A stretch of DNA of 57,592 bases, filler included, from Thelocarpon superellum (GCA_026025795.1; 2 parts of 2 records of this genome joined end to end with filler, not necessarily neighbours in it); one strand, 5' to 3'. Positions 35,662 to 48,410 are shown, numbered from the whole stretch's first letter. Program-made: numbers and translations. The notes: generated by a model from the sequence alone, not told the origin.

Positions 35662-35691
35662 AGTGCCACTGGAGTGCCACATGAGTGCCAC
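35662..35691. promoter_or_regulatory. Three AGTGCCAC direct repeats at 11-bp period upstream of the DJ-1 gene
   Basis: AGTGCCAC at 35662, 35673 and 35684, about 280-310 nt upstream of ATG 35383. Confidence 0.35.
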
Positions 35692-36835
35692 TTCGGTTGG
35701 GCCCACTGCCGGGGCACACGGACCACAAGGCCCGTGGTTCCCCCCCGCGTCAGGCCCTCCCGGTCCGTTTGACCCAAGCGACGGTCCGAAAAAAGGAAAG
35801 GGGACAGACGTTTCTCGAGAGACAGCGATGGATGGACCGACAAGCCCGCCAACACGGAAAAGAGATTGGGTGAGGGAGCCCAGTGGGCGAGCGGCGAACG
35901 ACGAGCGACGGACTAGCTACTTGCGTAGAGTTCGAGGGTGGTGGACGCCTCATGGCCTGCAGCAAGAGCGGTGATGATTGCAGCGATGGCCCTCGGCGTG
36001 CAGCTGTGGGTGTCGGAGAGAGGGGATCAGCAAGAGGGCCACAGCACCTGGAGCATGCAGCTCCGACGACCGCGGCACCTTCTGCACCTGTGGAAGTCTC
36101 TGCACTCCTGCAAGTGCTACTCCGTACGGACATGCAAGTCACAAAGTAACGGCGTCGGCCGTTGACTGGTCATTCGCCCGTCCCGCGGCGTCGGTCACCC
36201 TTCCCTTCTTCTGTCGTTTCACACCAGTACAGGAGGGCGGGGGGGCATGGCGGAGGAAGGAGGACGGGGGCGTGGGAGAGGGGGGGCGACGTAGCCAGGT
36301 CGAGCGAAGGGTTTACGCTCGCCAAGCTCGGTAGGGGACAGGGACGATCGGCGCCGTGGGCGCCGTCCTGGCTCGGAACCCCCGTTGAGGCGCCCTTTCT
36401 TCCATCATTTGCGAGAAGTACTGATCAGTCAGAACGACTCGTCCGACTCTACTTCGCCTACAGATGGCCCGCAGCCCACGGCCCATGGGCCCATGGCGTC
36501 GCCGACGTCGTTGGCCCTGCTAAGTCCAGTGGGCGGGCCTGGCTAACAAGGCCGAAACGCGCGTCGAGGTCAGGTGCAGAGCTGAAGGCACATCGTGTGA
36601 TATGCTGCACCGGCGGTGTCTGGATGTCTTGGGCGACGCGCGGTGACACTGTCATATCATGCTGTGCCACCACGCCGAGCAGCGCATCGCCCGACCAGGC
36701 CATCCCCTGTGCCATGATTGGTCCTGGCCGACGATCCGTCGCTGCGCCTCCGTCCCCATCCGGCCAGGGCCTCCTCCTCCCCATCGGCGTACACGCCGAC
36801 GCCCCAGATGCCGAACAAAGACGCATCAAGATCTA

Positions 36836-39800
36836 TCAAACCACCTCCCACCGTGCCAGGCGACCAATCCCCTTGCCTGCGTCGCGAACGATGCACAGCC
36901 GCCCTTCACCGCTCCCTCGCTTCACGCTCGGCCTCGACGTCGACCCATCGTCGCCCAGCGCCCGTCCCAAGAGCACACTGCCAACACCCGTGCCCTTGCC
37001 CTCACCCAGGGAAAAGTCGCCGGTCGTCACGAATCCTATCAGATCCTCGTCGTCCGGTACCGGCGGATGCGACGAATCTGTACCCACGCATGTGGTCCCC
37101 TCCTCTGCCAACTCGTTGGGAAGGAGTGAGTCGGCCAGGGCCTGGCGGCGCATCGCCCTGCTGACGCTGGGATCTTGCTCGTCATGATCCCTTGCGTCGT
37201 CACGATGCGTGGACCGACCCGACTGTCGACCCAACTGCCGTCGCCGTCGCAAGAGGTCGAGCCACTGTTGGCGCAACGTCAGATCCGACGACGGAAGACG
37301 GTAGATACGCGCGCACGTCGTCGCGGTTCCCCGGTCCACCATCGAGAACTTGATTGTCACAAGGCCATGCGCTAGAGCGCGCACATGGAGGGGGTCCGTG
37401 GGCGTTGAGGGCGCTGTGGGCGCTGTGGGCGCTGTGGGCGTCGTACGTAGTAGGTGCGCCACGACCGGGCCAGACGGATGATGGAACGGCAATCGTAGCG
37501 GGGTGGGGGGCTCGGCCTGGAGTGGAAATGACGACTGCGGAGCTTCTAGCGAGGATGTCGGCGGCGCGCCTGCTGACTTGCTGCGTCTCGCGGGGTTTGG
37601 CCCGATAAGCGCGCCATGCCTCTCCTCGCGAGGGTCATCGTTGCCGGTGTGCTGCTCTGCGCCAGCCGCTTTGGGAAGCGGCTGCATGAGTCGCTCCCAA
37701 TCGCAGGCCCAGCCTTGCCCTGACTCACCCCGGCGACCGCCGGCCAAGGCGACGCTGGCCCACTCGACTCGTTTGCCCTTCGGTCGTCGCTCCCACGCCG
37801 CCCGCCGCCGTGCTCGCTCGCGGAGCTCCCACGCCCAGCCGGCGCTAGTGCCGGGGAAATCACCGGGGAACCACGGGAGCCCGGCTTCCCATGCCACCTG
37901 CTGCGTCTCGCGTAACCCCCCTAAACGGAGCGTGCCGCCGGATGAGAGAGGGTAATGCATGAGCGACGACCATACGGGTCCCACGCATCGCCAGGGCAGC
38001 AAGACCGTCCACTGGCCCTGGCCGTGGCCCTGGCCCACGGACGGCCCCGATGCCAGTGATCGTAACGCAAGGATGACCACCGGAATCTGCGGGTCGGACG
38101 GCAGCGGGTCCGGGTAGGCGCCCGGTGGCGTTTGGGCCTGACGACGATGAATGGACTTCTGGCTTGGGAGGGCGCGACATGCATGGAGGCGAGCATTCCG
38201 ATCGAACAGGCCACATGCACCTTGCGACTGATCCGGCGGCCACGTCGCCAGCACCTCCAAGAGGGTATGCTCGGTCTCGGCCGCGGTGGAGAGGCGGAGG
38301 GTGCGTGGCGGGTGTCTCAGACGGGGATCGGAAGCTGCGAACCCCAGCAACACATCCCGAGGCAGGCTGGCGGGGCTGGTGAGACTGTTGAGCGCCGCCC
38401 ACGTCTCCTCCGTCGTAGAGACCTCGTCGTCCTCGCGACCAGGATCAGACACCGGCCGCAACGTTGCCACCAGCGCTTCGGTCGCGCCCGGTCCCGTGAC
38501 GTCGATGCTGCCAATCTCGAAGCGCAGGTCCTCAACCTGAACGATGGGGTGCTGTCTCTTGGCCGCTCCAAGCGTTGCGTGCCAGAGCTGGAGGAAGGCG
38601 GACGGATGGACTCGGATCATCACCTTGCGTCGGGAAGGCCCCGAGTCTGTGGACGTCGTCGGTCCATCCCGCTTCTCCTCTCTCTGCCTCTTCTGCCGCA
38701 CGCACCAGATCACGGTCACCGGCGCCATCTTCCGCGCGGTATCTCCGTCCCCGTCCAAGGTCCAGCCTGTCCAGCTCCGTCGGCCCTCCCTCCACTTCCG
38801 ATCCCGAGTCTTGAACCCTCCCTGGCCCTCGTCCTCCCGCCCCACACCAAGTAGCTTGAGCACCTGTTCGATCGAATCCTGTCGTCCCATCAACCCGATC
38901 GTGGCCATGTAGCTGGTGTCCCACGCCACGGCGCCTCGAAGATGGCTCGCCCGGTGCGTGGATCGATAACTCTTCTCGGTAGGAGTCAGTGGCAGGGCAA
39001 AGCGCCACAGGGGATCGCGAGGTGGGGTCATGTGTGCACGTTTGGTATGGTATATATGCGTAGGGAGCCAGGTCTTGTGCATTTGCCGCTTGCGGTACTT
39101 GGCAACCAGCGGGACGGCATCTAATAGCACGCTGGCGCTGGCGCTGGCCGTGGCATGCTTCTTAGTCTTCGCCGGGCGGGCAGAAATCTTTCCGGAGGCC
39201 GCCTGATCGGCGGCTCGCCGCTCCCCGCCATTCTTCCCCCGGGCTTTGGCCTTGGCCGCGAGCCGACCGAGACGTTTGGCCGTGTCGAGCCGCAGATGAT
39301 CACGAGTATTTCGGGGCTTTCGTGTCTTGGCGGTGACGGTGGGCGTATTGTCCTGGGCCTTCTGTTGCTCACCATGATCGTCAGCATGACATCAACTTTG
39401 CCCAGGACGAGGCGTCCAAGACGTGTCAGGGGCCACACCTCGGAGAGGGCCTTTGCCTGGAGCCGCTTCGGCACTCTTTTCACATCATGGCTCGCCGTAC
39501 GCCGCCGCATATCACGGGGAACGGACTGATGGGCTCGAGTGGAAGCCGACTTCCTGTGCGCGACTCATCATAAGCTTCGGTCCGTGGGGTCTTGGGGGCT
39601 TGAGTGAAACGATGGCAAATCACCCACTTGGCGCCTTTCATCCCGGCCTCCAGCGCACGAATCTCCCATTCTCGAGCTCGAAGAAACTTGTCCACGTCCA
39701 ACTCGCCGTCCTTGAGTGCTTTGTCGGACATCTGCACCGCAATCTGACGTGCATCCTGGGTTCTGGCGCGCTTGCGGGCGCGATGGGCCGCAGTGGTGGA

Positions 39801-39872
39801 CGGTGCGTTCACCGTGGCATTGGTTCCATGCTTCCGCTTCAATTCTGCCTTCGCAGGCAGACTCGCTGTCAT
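36836..39872 (-). CDS. POP1: RNase P/MRP subunit Pop1
   Basis: LDVDKFLRAREWEIRALE, VPRDMRRRTASHDVKRVP, WLPTHIYHTKRAHM, AVAWDTSYM, GGLRETQQVAWEAGLPWFPGDFP, DLIGFVTTGDFSLGEGKG; two introns. Confidence 0.95.
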
Positions 39873-40613
39873 CGTGCCTCTGCAGACATGGCCGTGGAAT
39901 AGCACAAAGCAAAAAAAGGGCGATGAGGTAGGCCCAATCCCTACTTGTAAGATGACGCCGCGATCAAAGCGGGTAGTTGAGTAGTTGGGTCGAAGCTGCG
40001 TGCCAAATCCGCCCGTTCGCGTCGTGAAGATGGGGGCGTCCTTGGGTTGACGCGCGACGAGTGGCGCAGAAGCCGACGGCCCCAAAGTTCAACATCTCAT
40101 TGCTTTAGGAATTACGAGAACTCACACCTTCTCCACACCAAGTGATCAGACAAACACAACGTAATATGATCAGTGAAACCAACATGTCGCTATCCACTTG
40201 CAAGCTTAGCTCCCTCCCAGGATGCTGAAGGAGTAAGAGCTTCAGTTCGTGCTCTGAATGTTCTGCGGACAGCTATACGAATGTGAATCGGTCGCCGTGG
40301 GGCCTCATGATTTGGAGCGAGGAGCAACCATTGCTCTAGCTGAAGGTTTACTTCGCTGCCTTTTTACCTCCCAACATCTCACCGGCTCCTCTCCACATTA
40401 GAGCCTACCAGGTTCAAAATACCCATGTTACAACAGCATCCTGGTCCCTCTTGTGCCTGCGTTCAGGCTAGCAGGTGGGCTTTCCTTGCGTCGCCACAAT
40501 AATGGCGTCTCGTGCGCATACGTAGCGCTGAAACGAAGGTCCGTGGGACCACATAGTATGAGGTCCCACGCGATACCTGGGTCTCTTACGACTGGCCAGG
40601 CGAGGCACGCTCT

Positions 40614-42470
40614 CTAGCTCGTGGCCGCCTCGTCCGCAGCACGTACTCTATCCATCGCACCTCTCCGTCCTCGGCCTCGGCCTCGGCCTTGGCCTCGATA
40701 TTGGCCACGACTTCGACCGCCGCCGCCGCCGCCGCCGCCGCCTCGACCGCGCCCTTTGCCTCCATGATAATCGATCCTCTTCAGCGGCTTCTCAACCCAT
40801 TCCAGGCCCTCCAATCCTAGAGTCCGACGTTGCTCCGTGGGCACCTGCCACGCCTGGAAGACCATCGCAGCATGGTCCAGCCGTCGAAGCTCCGGTACCC
40901 ATGCCTTGGTGTACTCCCCATTGTGGTCATAGTCAAAGGCTTGCTTGACCGGGTTGAAGACTCGCCCCTCTCCCCGCGGATCGTTGCCCACCCCCGCCGT
41001 ATACTGCCAGTTGCCCCAATTGCTGCTCACGTCATAGTCTGTAAGTAGCATTTCGTACCACTCAGCGCCAACACGCCAGTCGATACCGAGGTGTTTGGCC
41101 AGGAAGGAAGCGACATTCTGTCTAGCACGGTTGGAGGTCCAGCCAGTCAAGAATAGCTCTCGCATGCTGGCGTCGATGAGTCCCATTCCCGTGGTCCCTT
41201 CCAGGAAGCGCTCCACCTTCTTCCTCGTCTCGACATCTTTGTGAGGTGAATGCCACGACACGCTGGTGTCATCGCGGAAACCCTCCACCCGGAACAGTCG
41301 GGGGCCAAATTTCCGGGTACAGAGACGCATGTAATCTCGCCACAGCAGTTCAAAGCGAACCGCGGCGGTACCTCGGTTCTCGCCCTTGCCATAGCCATCG
41401 GCAGCCCTACCAAGCTCGCTCGTCCCGTCCTCAAACGCGACAAGATACTCATGCGTCTGCCGTGCCGTGAGACAGCCCAGCGCCAACCAGGCAGATAGCT
41501 TGGTGCTGAAGTCCAAGCCCAGGAGGCCATTCCGCGTCTCCTTGTAAGCAGTCATGGCTCCGGACGTCAACAGATGTCGAACCCGTTCGTGTCCAGCTTG
41601 CTCCCCGCCCCGAAAAGGATGAGCGGACCGCACGCCGTCCGGCCTGGCTGGTGGATGCTTCAATCCCAGATCCTGCTGGAGCGGCGCAAGCAGGGCATCC
41701 ACGGTCCCATCTAACGTAGCGGGGACGGCGAACGGCTTGAACTGGGTTGGGATGGCCGACGACGGTGGAAGAGGAGGTAGGCTTTGGGGTTTCGGGAGGG
41801 TGCGGCGGGGCGCGCCTCTCAGCGGTTCCACCATCTTTCGGTAGGATGTGAAGACGTCTGGTAGCTGATGTGGCTTCTGAAAGGGTAGATCACGACTATC
41901 AATGGTTCAGCTTGTCAATCCTGATTATATCTCATCATCCGGGAGCACAGACTCATCCACCAGGTACTTCTCGTCCGACCACAGCTTGAACTCCACGCCG
42001 TGCTCGGTCGCCACTCGCCTCACGTCACGCTCCTCGCGCTTCTCCTCGACACCCTCCTCACCCGTCATCCAGATGCCAACAATTTCGCCTTTCCGCTGCC
42101 CATCGTTGGCCACCAACGACGTGACGACGTCCAAGATCTGGCCGACCCGCACTTCGAGTCCGCTCCCAACTTCCTCCAACCCCGACTTGAGGTCCCATAC
42201 CGCTTCGGCCAAGAATCGCGCCCGATGAGGCCCGCATCGCCAGAATCCACCGACCGGTGACCGCGCCTCGGGATAGGGGCAACGGGCATCGGCCGAAGGG
42301 ATGAACCCCGAAATCTCAATCTGCGGTGCAGAGAAGACATAGAGGGGCAGGAAATGTGTAAAGGCGGACGGCGATTGTTTGGCCAGCCGCGACACTTCAT
42401 AAAGAATGGGATTGTCGGCCACGCGCAGGTCTCGGCGCAGAAGATAGACCAGCGTCCGTGGTGACTGCAT
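40614..42470 (-). CDS. Cryptochrome DASH (photolyase/cryptochrome family) with C-terminal RGG tail
   Basis: LRRDLRVADNP, RARFLAEAVWDL, LPDVFTSYRK, YKETRNGLLGLDFSTKLSAWLALG, FELLWRDY, GWTSNRARQNVASFL, DYDVSSNWGNWQY, FNPVKQAFDYD; intron 41952-41896. Confidence 0.95.
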
Positions 42471-42790
42471 ATTGGGCGACGCTCGTCCGGCAAAGTCGTG
42501 GCAGTCTACTGCTTCATGGGCCAGGCCGAAGTTTGATCATGAGGAACATGGCATGGGGCAAATGATTGCGATAGTACGAACATGAAATTGAGGTCAGGGG
42601 AGCTGATTTGGTGTGTTCCGTTGATAGCGCACACAGCACGCGGTTGACATACTTCCTGGTCGACGTGAACAGAAGCCGGCCATGATATCATCATCTAGAG
42701 ACCTCCTCTGCGGCTTCTGACTGGTCGGCGAACCAATTACCTAGTGCCGTCTCTGTACCCAGCGCCCATCGAAATCCGACATGTACGTTC

Positions 42791-42810
42791 CGACAGTCAT
42801 GTGACTGTCG
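42791..42810. promoter_or_regulatory. Inverted repeat with an E-box-like core upstream of CRY-DASH
   Basis: CGACAGTCA-TG-TGACTGTCG (perfect 9-bp arms), core GTCATGTGAC. Confidence 0.4.
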
Positions 42811-45554
42811 TCGGCGCCGTCGGCCGCCGAAGCGAGCTACGGGCGGGCCCGACGACTAGAAGCCAATGACTATGTTACGTTAAAAGGCTACGTCCTTCCA
42901 AATGCCTCTTGAAGCGGTGACTGTAATATGCATGGGATGGCGTCGAAGCCAAGCCGCCACGCACACCTACCGCAGCCATTTCGCTACTTGCCATTGGGGT
43001 CGGGCATGTCTTTGTGCCAGCTACTGGACGTTAGTGAAAGGCTTATCATCTGAAATGCGATGTCGAAGTCGGGTGATGCCCCGCCGTCGTTGGCGATAAG
43101 ATCACGTCAGTCACAGAGCGGGATGGACATAGCCGGTTTGGGGCCTGACGCATTCATGGTGCAGGCTGACTGCTCGTGCATTGCTCATCCGGCTGCCCAA
43201 CGCCACTACCTTCACTCCCACGAGTGCCGCTGGTGGTACAAAGAAGAGAGTAACAAGGCGTGGGCGTGCAATCACGCCGGTAGTATCCCCAATGGATGGG
43301 GTCGACGATTGACGCGTCGGGCCTCGGTACTCGTACACAGCTCACGTCCACATCGGTATACTGTAAGATGCCAGGACACGAACGTGGCGAAGTCGCGCGG
43401 AAAATATCAAGTTGATATGGGAAGTGTTGCTGTCTCAACAGAAGCGACGGGCCAGAGTTGGTCAATCCTCACGCGATGGATCATGATGTCAGGGTACGAG
43501 GGGCGCGGGTCCCGTGTCTGCTCCCAAGGGCACGCACTGGTCGAGGGCCTGTCTGGCACCAAGACCACCCCGTCGGCGCAGTCCAGGCCGGGTGTCCGCG
43601 TCCTCCTTCGCTCCTCAAGGGCAAGAAGACGAGGGTACCTACTCGTCAGGTAGCGTTACGGCCATGGCTCATCCGAGTTCAAGGGACTTCGCGACGGCCC
43701 ATGCGCGGTGTCTGGCTGCAGTTCAACCCAAAGCACTCGCTAGCTTGTCTGAGTAGCTCGTAAACCATCCTCCGGGCCCATAGTCCTCTGTAGACGAACG
43801 CCGGCGCCCCGACTGCCTCTGTCGGTGCAGTGCGCCCAACGCCCATTCGCCGAGCCCGGGTAAACGAGATCCAGCCCAGACTCGGCCACCCACGTAAAGG
43901 CAGGGGAAGAGGTAAGATGGGTCGCGAGACAGACAAGCGTCGACATCACATGGGTCTTCCTTTGATCTCGCTCAGTCTTGCGCATCGAAGACGGCCACGT
44001 TCCTGAGGCGCCGGAAGTGCGCCCGTTCGTCACTGGCGAGACCCTGGCTCAGACCGGAGCTCGGGAATGTGAAGACAGGAGTGATTCAGAAGGGGATAGA
44101 GTTGGTGCTTATGCGCTTCGCTGTTCCACATGCTCTTTGCGACTGTTACGTCTATTTGATCTAGCGTGGATGCGGTCGTGCGAGCTGCCAGAGATCCTAG
44201 AGGTGCCTGTACGGGTGCCACACCTCTTGCTACTACTCCGGCTTGGTTTTCCCTTACGTGGGAGTTGCGTCGGACCACGGTCAGGGCGGACCACCGAGTC
44301 TCGGTCTCATTCGCATCCGCGTGTTCCACTGGTCCCACCCTACCGTCCTGAAGGGGACGCTAGCCGACGACCTGCGGAGGATGCACGTCGGACAGATGAC
44401 CGAAGCCACCGGGCCCCACTGCGCAGGATGTCTTTTGCCCGGAGCAAGGTGATCCGGGCATTCCGAAGCTTCCCAGCTGGGAGGACTTATCGCAGCGACG
44501 GGCTACTCCGTGCCGGAGCGCAATTGCTACTTCGGAGCGTAAGTGGTCGTCGTGGTACTGGTCCATACGTGGAGACTACCTGGACGACTGCCGGACAGCG
44601 GGCATGTACGATGACGCGGACGCGGACGGGGACGGGTCTGGCGTACGAGTACGAAGGACGGGCCCAAGCCTGGCGAGCCCTTGGCTTGCACCAGTACGGC
44701 AGGCTACGAGAATCCGCAGAACTACTTGGCCAGCGCCCAGACTAAGAACGCGACCGTGGCGGTGACCGCGACTGCGTGGGTTATGGTTTGACTCTAAATA
44801 TTCGTGTGGGCCGTCTGTGCTACCTCGTCGTCGCCGCGCCCTACCGCTCGGCGTCACGCACCAGGCACTTGAAGGGGGCCGTAATTGGTAGCCGCCGATA
44901 CCTTGCAAGTTTGTTACCGAGAAAGGACATAGTGCGGATTACGAGCGCTCGTAGGAAGTCTCGCATGACAGATCCCCAGTCGGACTCACGACTGCTGCTA
45001 CTCGCACGCCGATATGCGTACGACGCTCGTATCTTCTCTCAGCCGACCCGGATTCTCCATTGATCCATGACTATTCACTCTTTGACCTGAGCTCCTGAGC
45101 TCTGTCCTCGTCCGTCGTTTATTCTCTCCCCCGCCGCCCCCTTCCTACGACTCTACTGTCCGTGCTCCGTCCGTATCCAGAATCCGGAACAAAACATGCG
45201 CGGTTTGAGCGTCCTCTGGCAGGAAGCGTCGCTTCGGCTTGAGAGGTGAAGAGCTCGGTCAGCGTCAGAACCTCCGACCGTCTCCTCGTCCGGCCATTCG
45301 GCTGCTCACCACTTCACCTTCTGTCGTAACTTCACCCTTCGATTTCCTGGCCCCGTGGGGAGCTGGAGTCTGGATCTGCACGCCCGCCCACCTGACGCGT
45401 GCCCGACCACGTATGCCCCGTCGACGGTGAGCCGTGCGACTCCTCCAGCAGCAGCATTAAAACGACCTGAGGTACGCCGAACCATTACCGACGCCGACGT
45501 CCTCGCCAACCCCGAGACTCGCCTGGTCACCTGGAGCGCTCCCTCATCGCCACG

Positions 45555-48410
45555 ATGAGACCCCAGCTTCTACCATCATGGGCGAGCTGCACCGCGGTAC
45601 TCATGTCGATGGCGGCTATGGTCGGACCCTCCTCCTCCCAGGGCCAAGAGGCAGAGACGTTCGTCGAATACACCAACCCGGACGGCGAAGTCGAATACTT
45701 CGATGCCTCACGAAGACCCGCCCTGTACACCCAAGACTTCGGCGACTGTCTGGGGAGCAGCGTGGTCAATGTGACGCGTTTCGACGCCGCCTTCTACCAG
45801 GATAACATGACGGTTCTCTTCCACCTCGGCGGCACTACCAATGTCCACAATGAGTCAACGATGTTGCATATCAGCGTCTTCGCTTACGGCGCCAGCCAGT
45901 TTGACCTGACATTCAACCCGTGCGACGCCAGCGTCACGAGCATGTGTCCCATGAAGGCCGGTGTGCCCATTGAGGCCAATGGCATCATCCCAGTCGCGCC
46001 GTCGGACGTGGCGGGCATCCCACCCATTGCTCTCTCGATCCCCGACTTCGAGGGCCAGGCCATCGTCCGCATCTTTGCCAATTCTACCGAATCCGAGATT
46101 GGCTGCTACTCCGCTGTCGTGACCAACGGGGCCTCCTTCTCACAGCCCGGTACCGTGGGCAGCATCATCGGACTCTTCACCGTAATCGCCGTGCTCGCCT
46201 CCTTTGCCACGGCCATTTACGGCGACCATGTACCGACAATGCGGAAACATCACGCCCATTCCATCTCCGTCTTTGTCGTCTTTGCCGTCCTACAACACAT
46301 CTTCTTCACCGGCGCAATGTCACTGGATTGGCCCAGCGTGCTGTCGGCCTTCTGGAGCAACTACGCATGGGCCGGCGGCATGATCTACGTCGAAAGCATG
46401 CAGAATACCATCAACACTTTTCTCGCCTCTAACCTAGGCAACACCACATCGGTTGGCGCTGCCGGCTCGGGGCCCTCGTCGAATAATGTGGGTGGGCCAG
46501 TCCCCATCCAGTCCATCTACCGACGTGCGGCGCGCGATTGGCTCCTGCCCCGCACGCCCGACGTGGCGCTTGTCCCACGAGACCTGATCAACGCCTCCAC
46601 TGGCTATCCTTGGTATGGGCGGCCGTCCAAGCCCGGCATGCCGCTCCCCGGCAACTTCTCCGGCTTCGCAGGCACGCTCTCTGCGGAGAGCATCCCGGCG
46701 TCCAACGCCTTCATGACCGGCTTGCTGTGGCTGCTGATCCTCATCTTAATCGTCGGCGGCGGCATCGCGGCGTTCAAATGGGCGCTCGAGGCATTGAGCG
46801 CCGTCCGATGGATTCGGCGGGACCGCTTATCCTTCTTCCGCACGCATTGGCTCGGCTTCACCACCTTGGCCGTCCTACGTACCCTCTTCATCGCCTTCTT
46901 CATGATGATCCTCCTCACGCTGTTTCAATCGTCATACAAGGGCACCGTCGCCGTCACGGCCTTGGCCGCGATCGTCTTCGTCCTATTCCTCGGTGGGACG
47001 CTGGTCATCGCCGGCTACGCGTGCTTCTATCGTTTACGCCATGGCCACTATCTCTCTGCACCCGACCGGCTGCACTTCCAGCGGACCATGGTCTGGAAAG
47101 TTGTGCCATGGGTCGGCAGCTTCCGCGAGAGCCAGGGGGGCGAGAAGGGCTCCGACCGGGTCTCGCTCGGATCCATCCCGTGGCGACACGTGCGGTACGT
47201 CGACCATGACCCTCAGCGCGTCACAGTGCATGAGGACGAGGCCTTCATTCGTAAATTCGGCTGGTTGGCCGCCCGCTATCGACGCACTCGCTGGTGGTTC
47301 TTCGCCGTCTGGCTGATTTACGAATTCGTGCGAGCTTGTTTCTACGGTGGCGCCGCGGCACATCCTATGACGCAGGTGTTTGGGTTGCTCGTGGTCGAAA
47401 TCATTGCATTTATCGCCATCATCAAGCTGAAACCCTTCGAGGGCACTCGGCTCAACGTGATCATGGTCTACCTCCTGGGCTTCAGCAAGGTCTTCACCAC
47501 GGGTCTCTCGGCTACGTTTGTGACACAGTTCAGCGTGCCGCGCATCACGGCGACGGTCATTGGCGTTGTCATCATCGTCACGCAGGGCATCTTGACTGTT
47601 GCCTTGATGGTATGCATCATCATGGGGGCCGTCTCGAGCTATCTATCGCTCACGCGCAATCACGAGACGTTCTCGCCTCAGAGCTGGGCGCCGCTGCGCG
47701 CCTGGTTCTTCAAGCACATCGATCAAGCCGCGGGGGATCAGCCTTCGTCTCCTCCACCGCCTCCCGTCCTTCCGCTCGAACCTACCGATCCAAACTTCCG
47801 GGTGTCGTCGGTACGCCGCTGTCCGAAGATCGAAGACGAGGATGGCGATTTCCTGGCGGAGATCAGCGATCCCTTTGCCTCGAGACTCTCCGTGAACCAA
47901 ACCTTCACGCGTGCCAGCCGACGAAGCAGCCTTGGCGCCAACAGCGTCAGCACCTTTACCACGGTCCCTTTCGGCGCACGGGTGCATCGGGCTAGCTGGA
48001 GCATGAAAGACTTTGAAGGTGCGGGCATGGGCGTGGGCGAGGGTGGACACAGCCGCAGCTCAACCGCGGCGCATATCCATCCGCCGCACTCGGCGTGGAC
48101 GATGGCGGATGGCTTTGGACCGTCCGACTCGACGCATTCGTTGGCCCGAGGCTCAACCCCGGGGCGAACGTCAACTCCGGTGCGATCATCCACCCCAGTG
48201 CGCACGTCGACGCCCGTGCGCGGCGTGACTCCGGTCGTCGACGATCTCTCGAGTCCCATTCCGGAAGAGACGATGACGCCACTGGCCGAGGAGGCCGCGA
48301 ATCCGCTCGATGACCCACGCATGGTCCCGTTGCCGATCGACTCTCCTCCCATGGATGGCGTCGAATGGCCCCTGCAGAGTCCCAGCTCGCCTCCGCCTCA
48401 CCACGCCTAG
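45555..48410 (+). CDS. FLC/Pkd2-like TRP-related membrane protein (ML-like TRP_N plus TM domain)
   Basis: Single 951-aa ORF: signal peptide; Cys-containing lumenal domain (RRPALYTQDFGDCL...FNPCD...CP...IPDFEG...IGCY...TNG); multiple TM segments (FWSNYAWAGGMI, KFGWLAARYRRTRWWF); disordered tail. Confidence 0.9.
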   Translation: MRPQLLPSWASCTAVLMSMAAMVGPSSSQGQEAETFVEYTNPDGEVEYFDASRRPALYTQDFGDCLGSSVVNVTRFDAAFYQDNMTVLFHLGGTTNVHNESTMLHISVFAYGASQFDLTFNPCDASVTSMCPMKAGVPIEANGIIPVAPSDVAGIPPIALSIPDFEGQAIVRIFANSTESEIGCYSAVVTNGASFSQPGTVGSIIGLFTVIAVLASFATAIYGDHVPTMRKHHAHSISVFVVFAVLQHIFFTGAMSLDWPSVLSAFWSNYAWAGGMIYVESMQNTINTFLASNLGNTTSVGAAGSGPSSNNVGGPVPIQSIYRRAARDWLLPRTPDVALVPRDLINASTGYPWYGRPSKPGMPLPGNFSGFAGTLSAESIPASNAFMTGLLWLLILILIVGGGIAAFKWALEALSAVRWIRRDRLSFFRTHWLGFTTLAVLRTLFIAFFMMILLTLFQSSYKGTVAVTALAAIVFVLFLGGTLVIAGYACFYRLRHGHYLSAPDRLHFQRTMVWKVVPWVGSFRESQGGEKGSDRVSLGSIPWRHVRYVDHDPQRVTVHEDEAFIRKFGWLAARYRRTRWWFFAVWLIYEFVRACFYGGAAAHPMTQVFGLLVVEIIAFIAIIKLKPFEGTRLNVIMVYLLGFSKVFTTGLSATFVTQFSVPRITATVIGVVIIVTQGILTVALMVCIIMGAVSSYLSLTRNHETFSPQSWAPLRAWFFKHIDQAAGDQPSSPPPPPVLPLEPTDPNFRVSSVRRCPKIEDEDGDFLAEISDPFASRLSVNQTFTRASRRSSLGANSVSTFTTVPFGARVHRASWSMKDFEGAGMGVGEGGHSRSSTAAHIHPPHSAWTMADGFGPSDSTHSLARGSTPGRTSTPVRSSTPVRTSTPVRGVTPVVDDLSSPIPEETMTPLAEEAANPLDDPRMVPLPIDSPPMDGVEWPLQSPSSPPPHHA

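Noticed and set aside
36232..36287. G-quadruplex-like G runs
   Set aside because: Irregular loops, and such runs are common in this GC-rich sequence; no supporting context.
42900..45550. ORFs of up to 255 aa between CRY-DASH and the FLC gene
   Set aside because: Arg/Ser/Gly-rich, no recognisable motifs or consistent exon structure; expected by chance at high GC.
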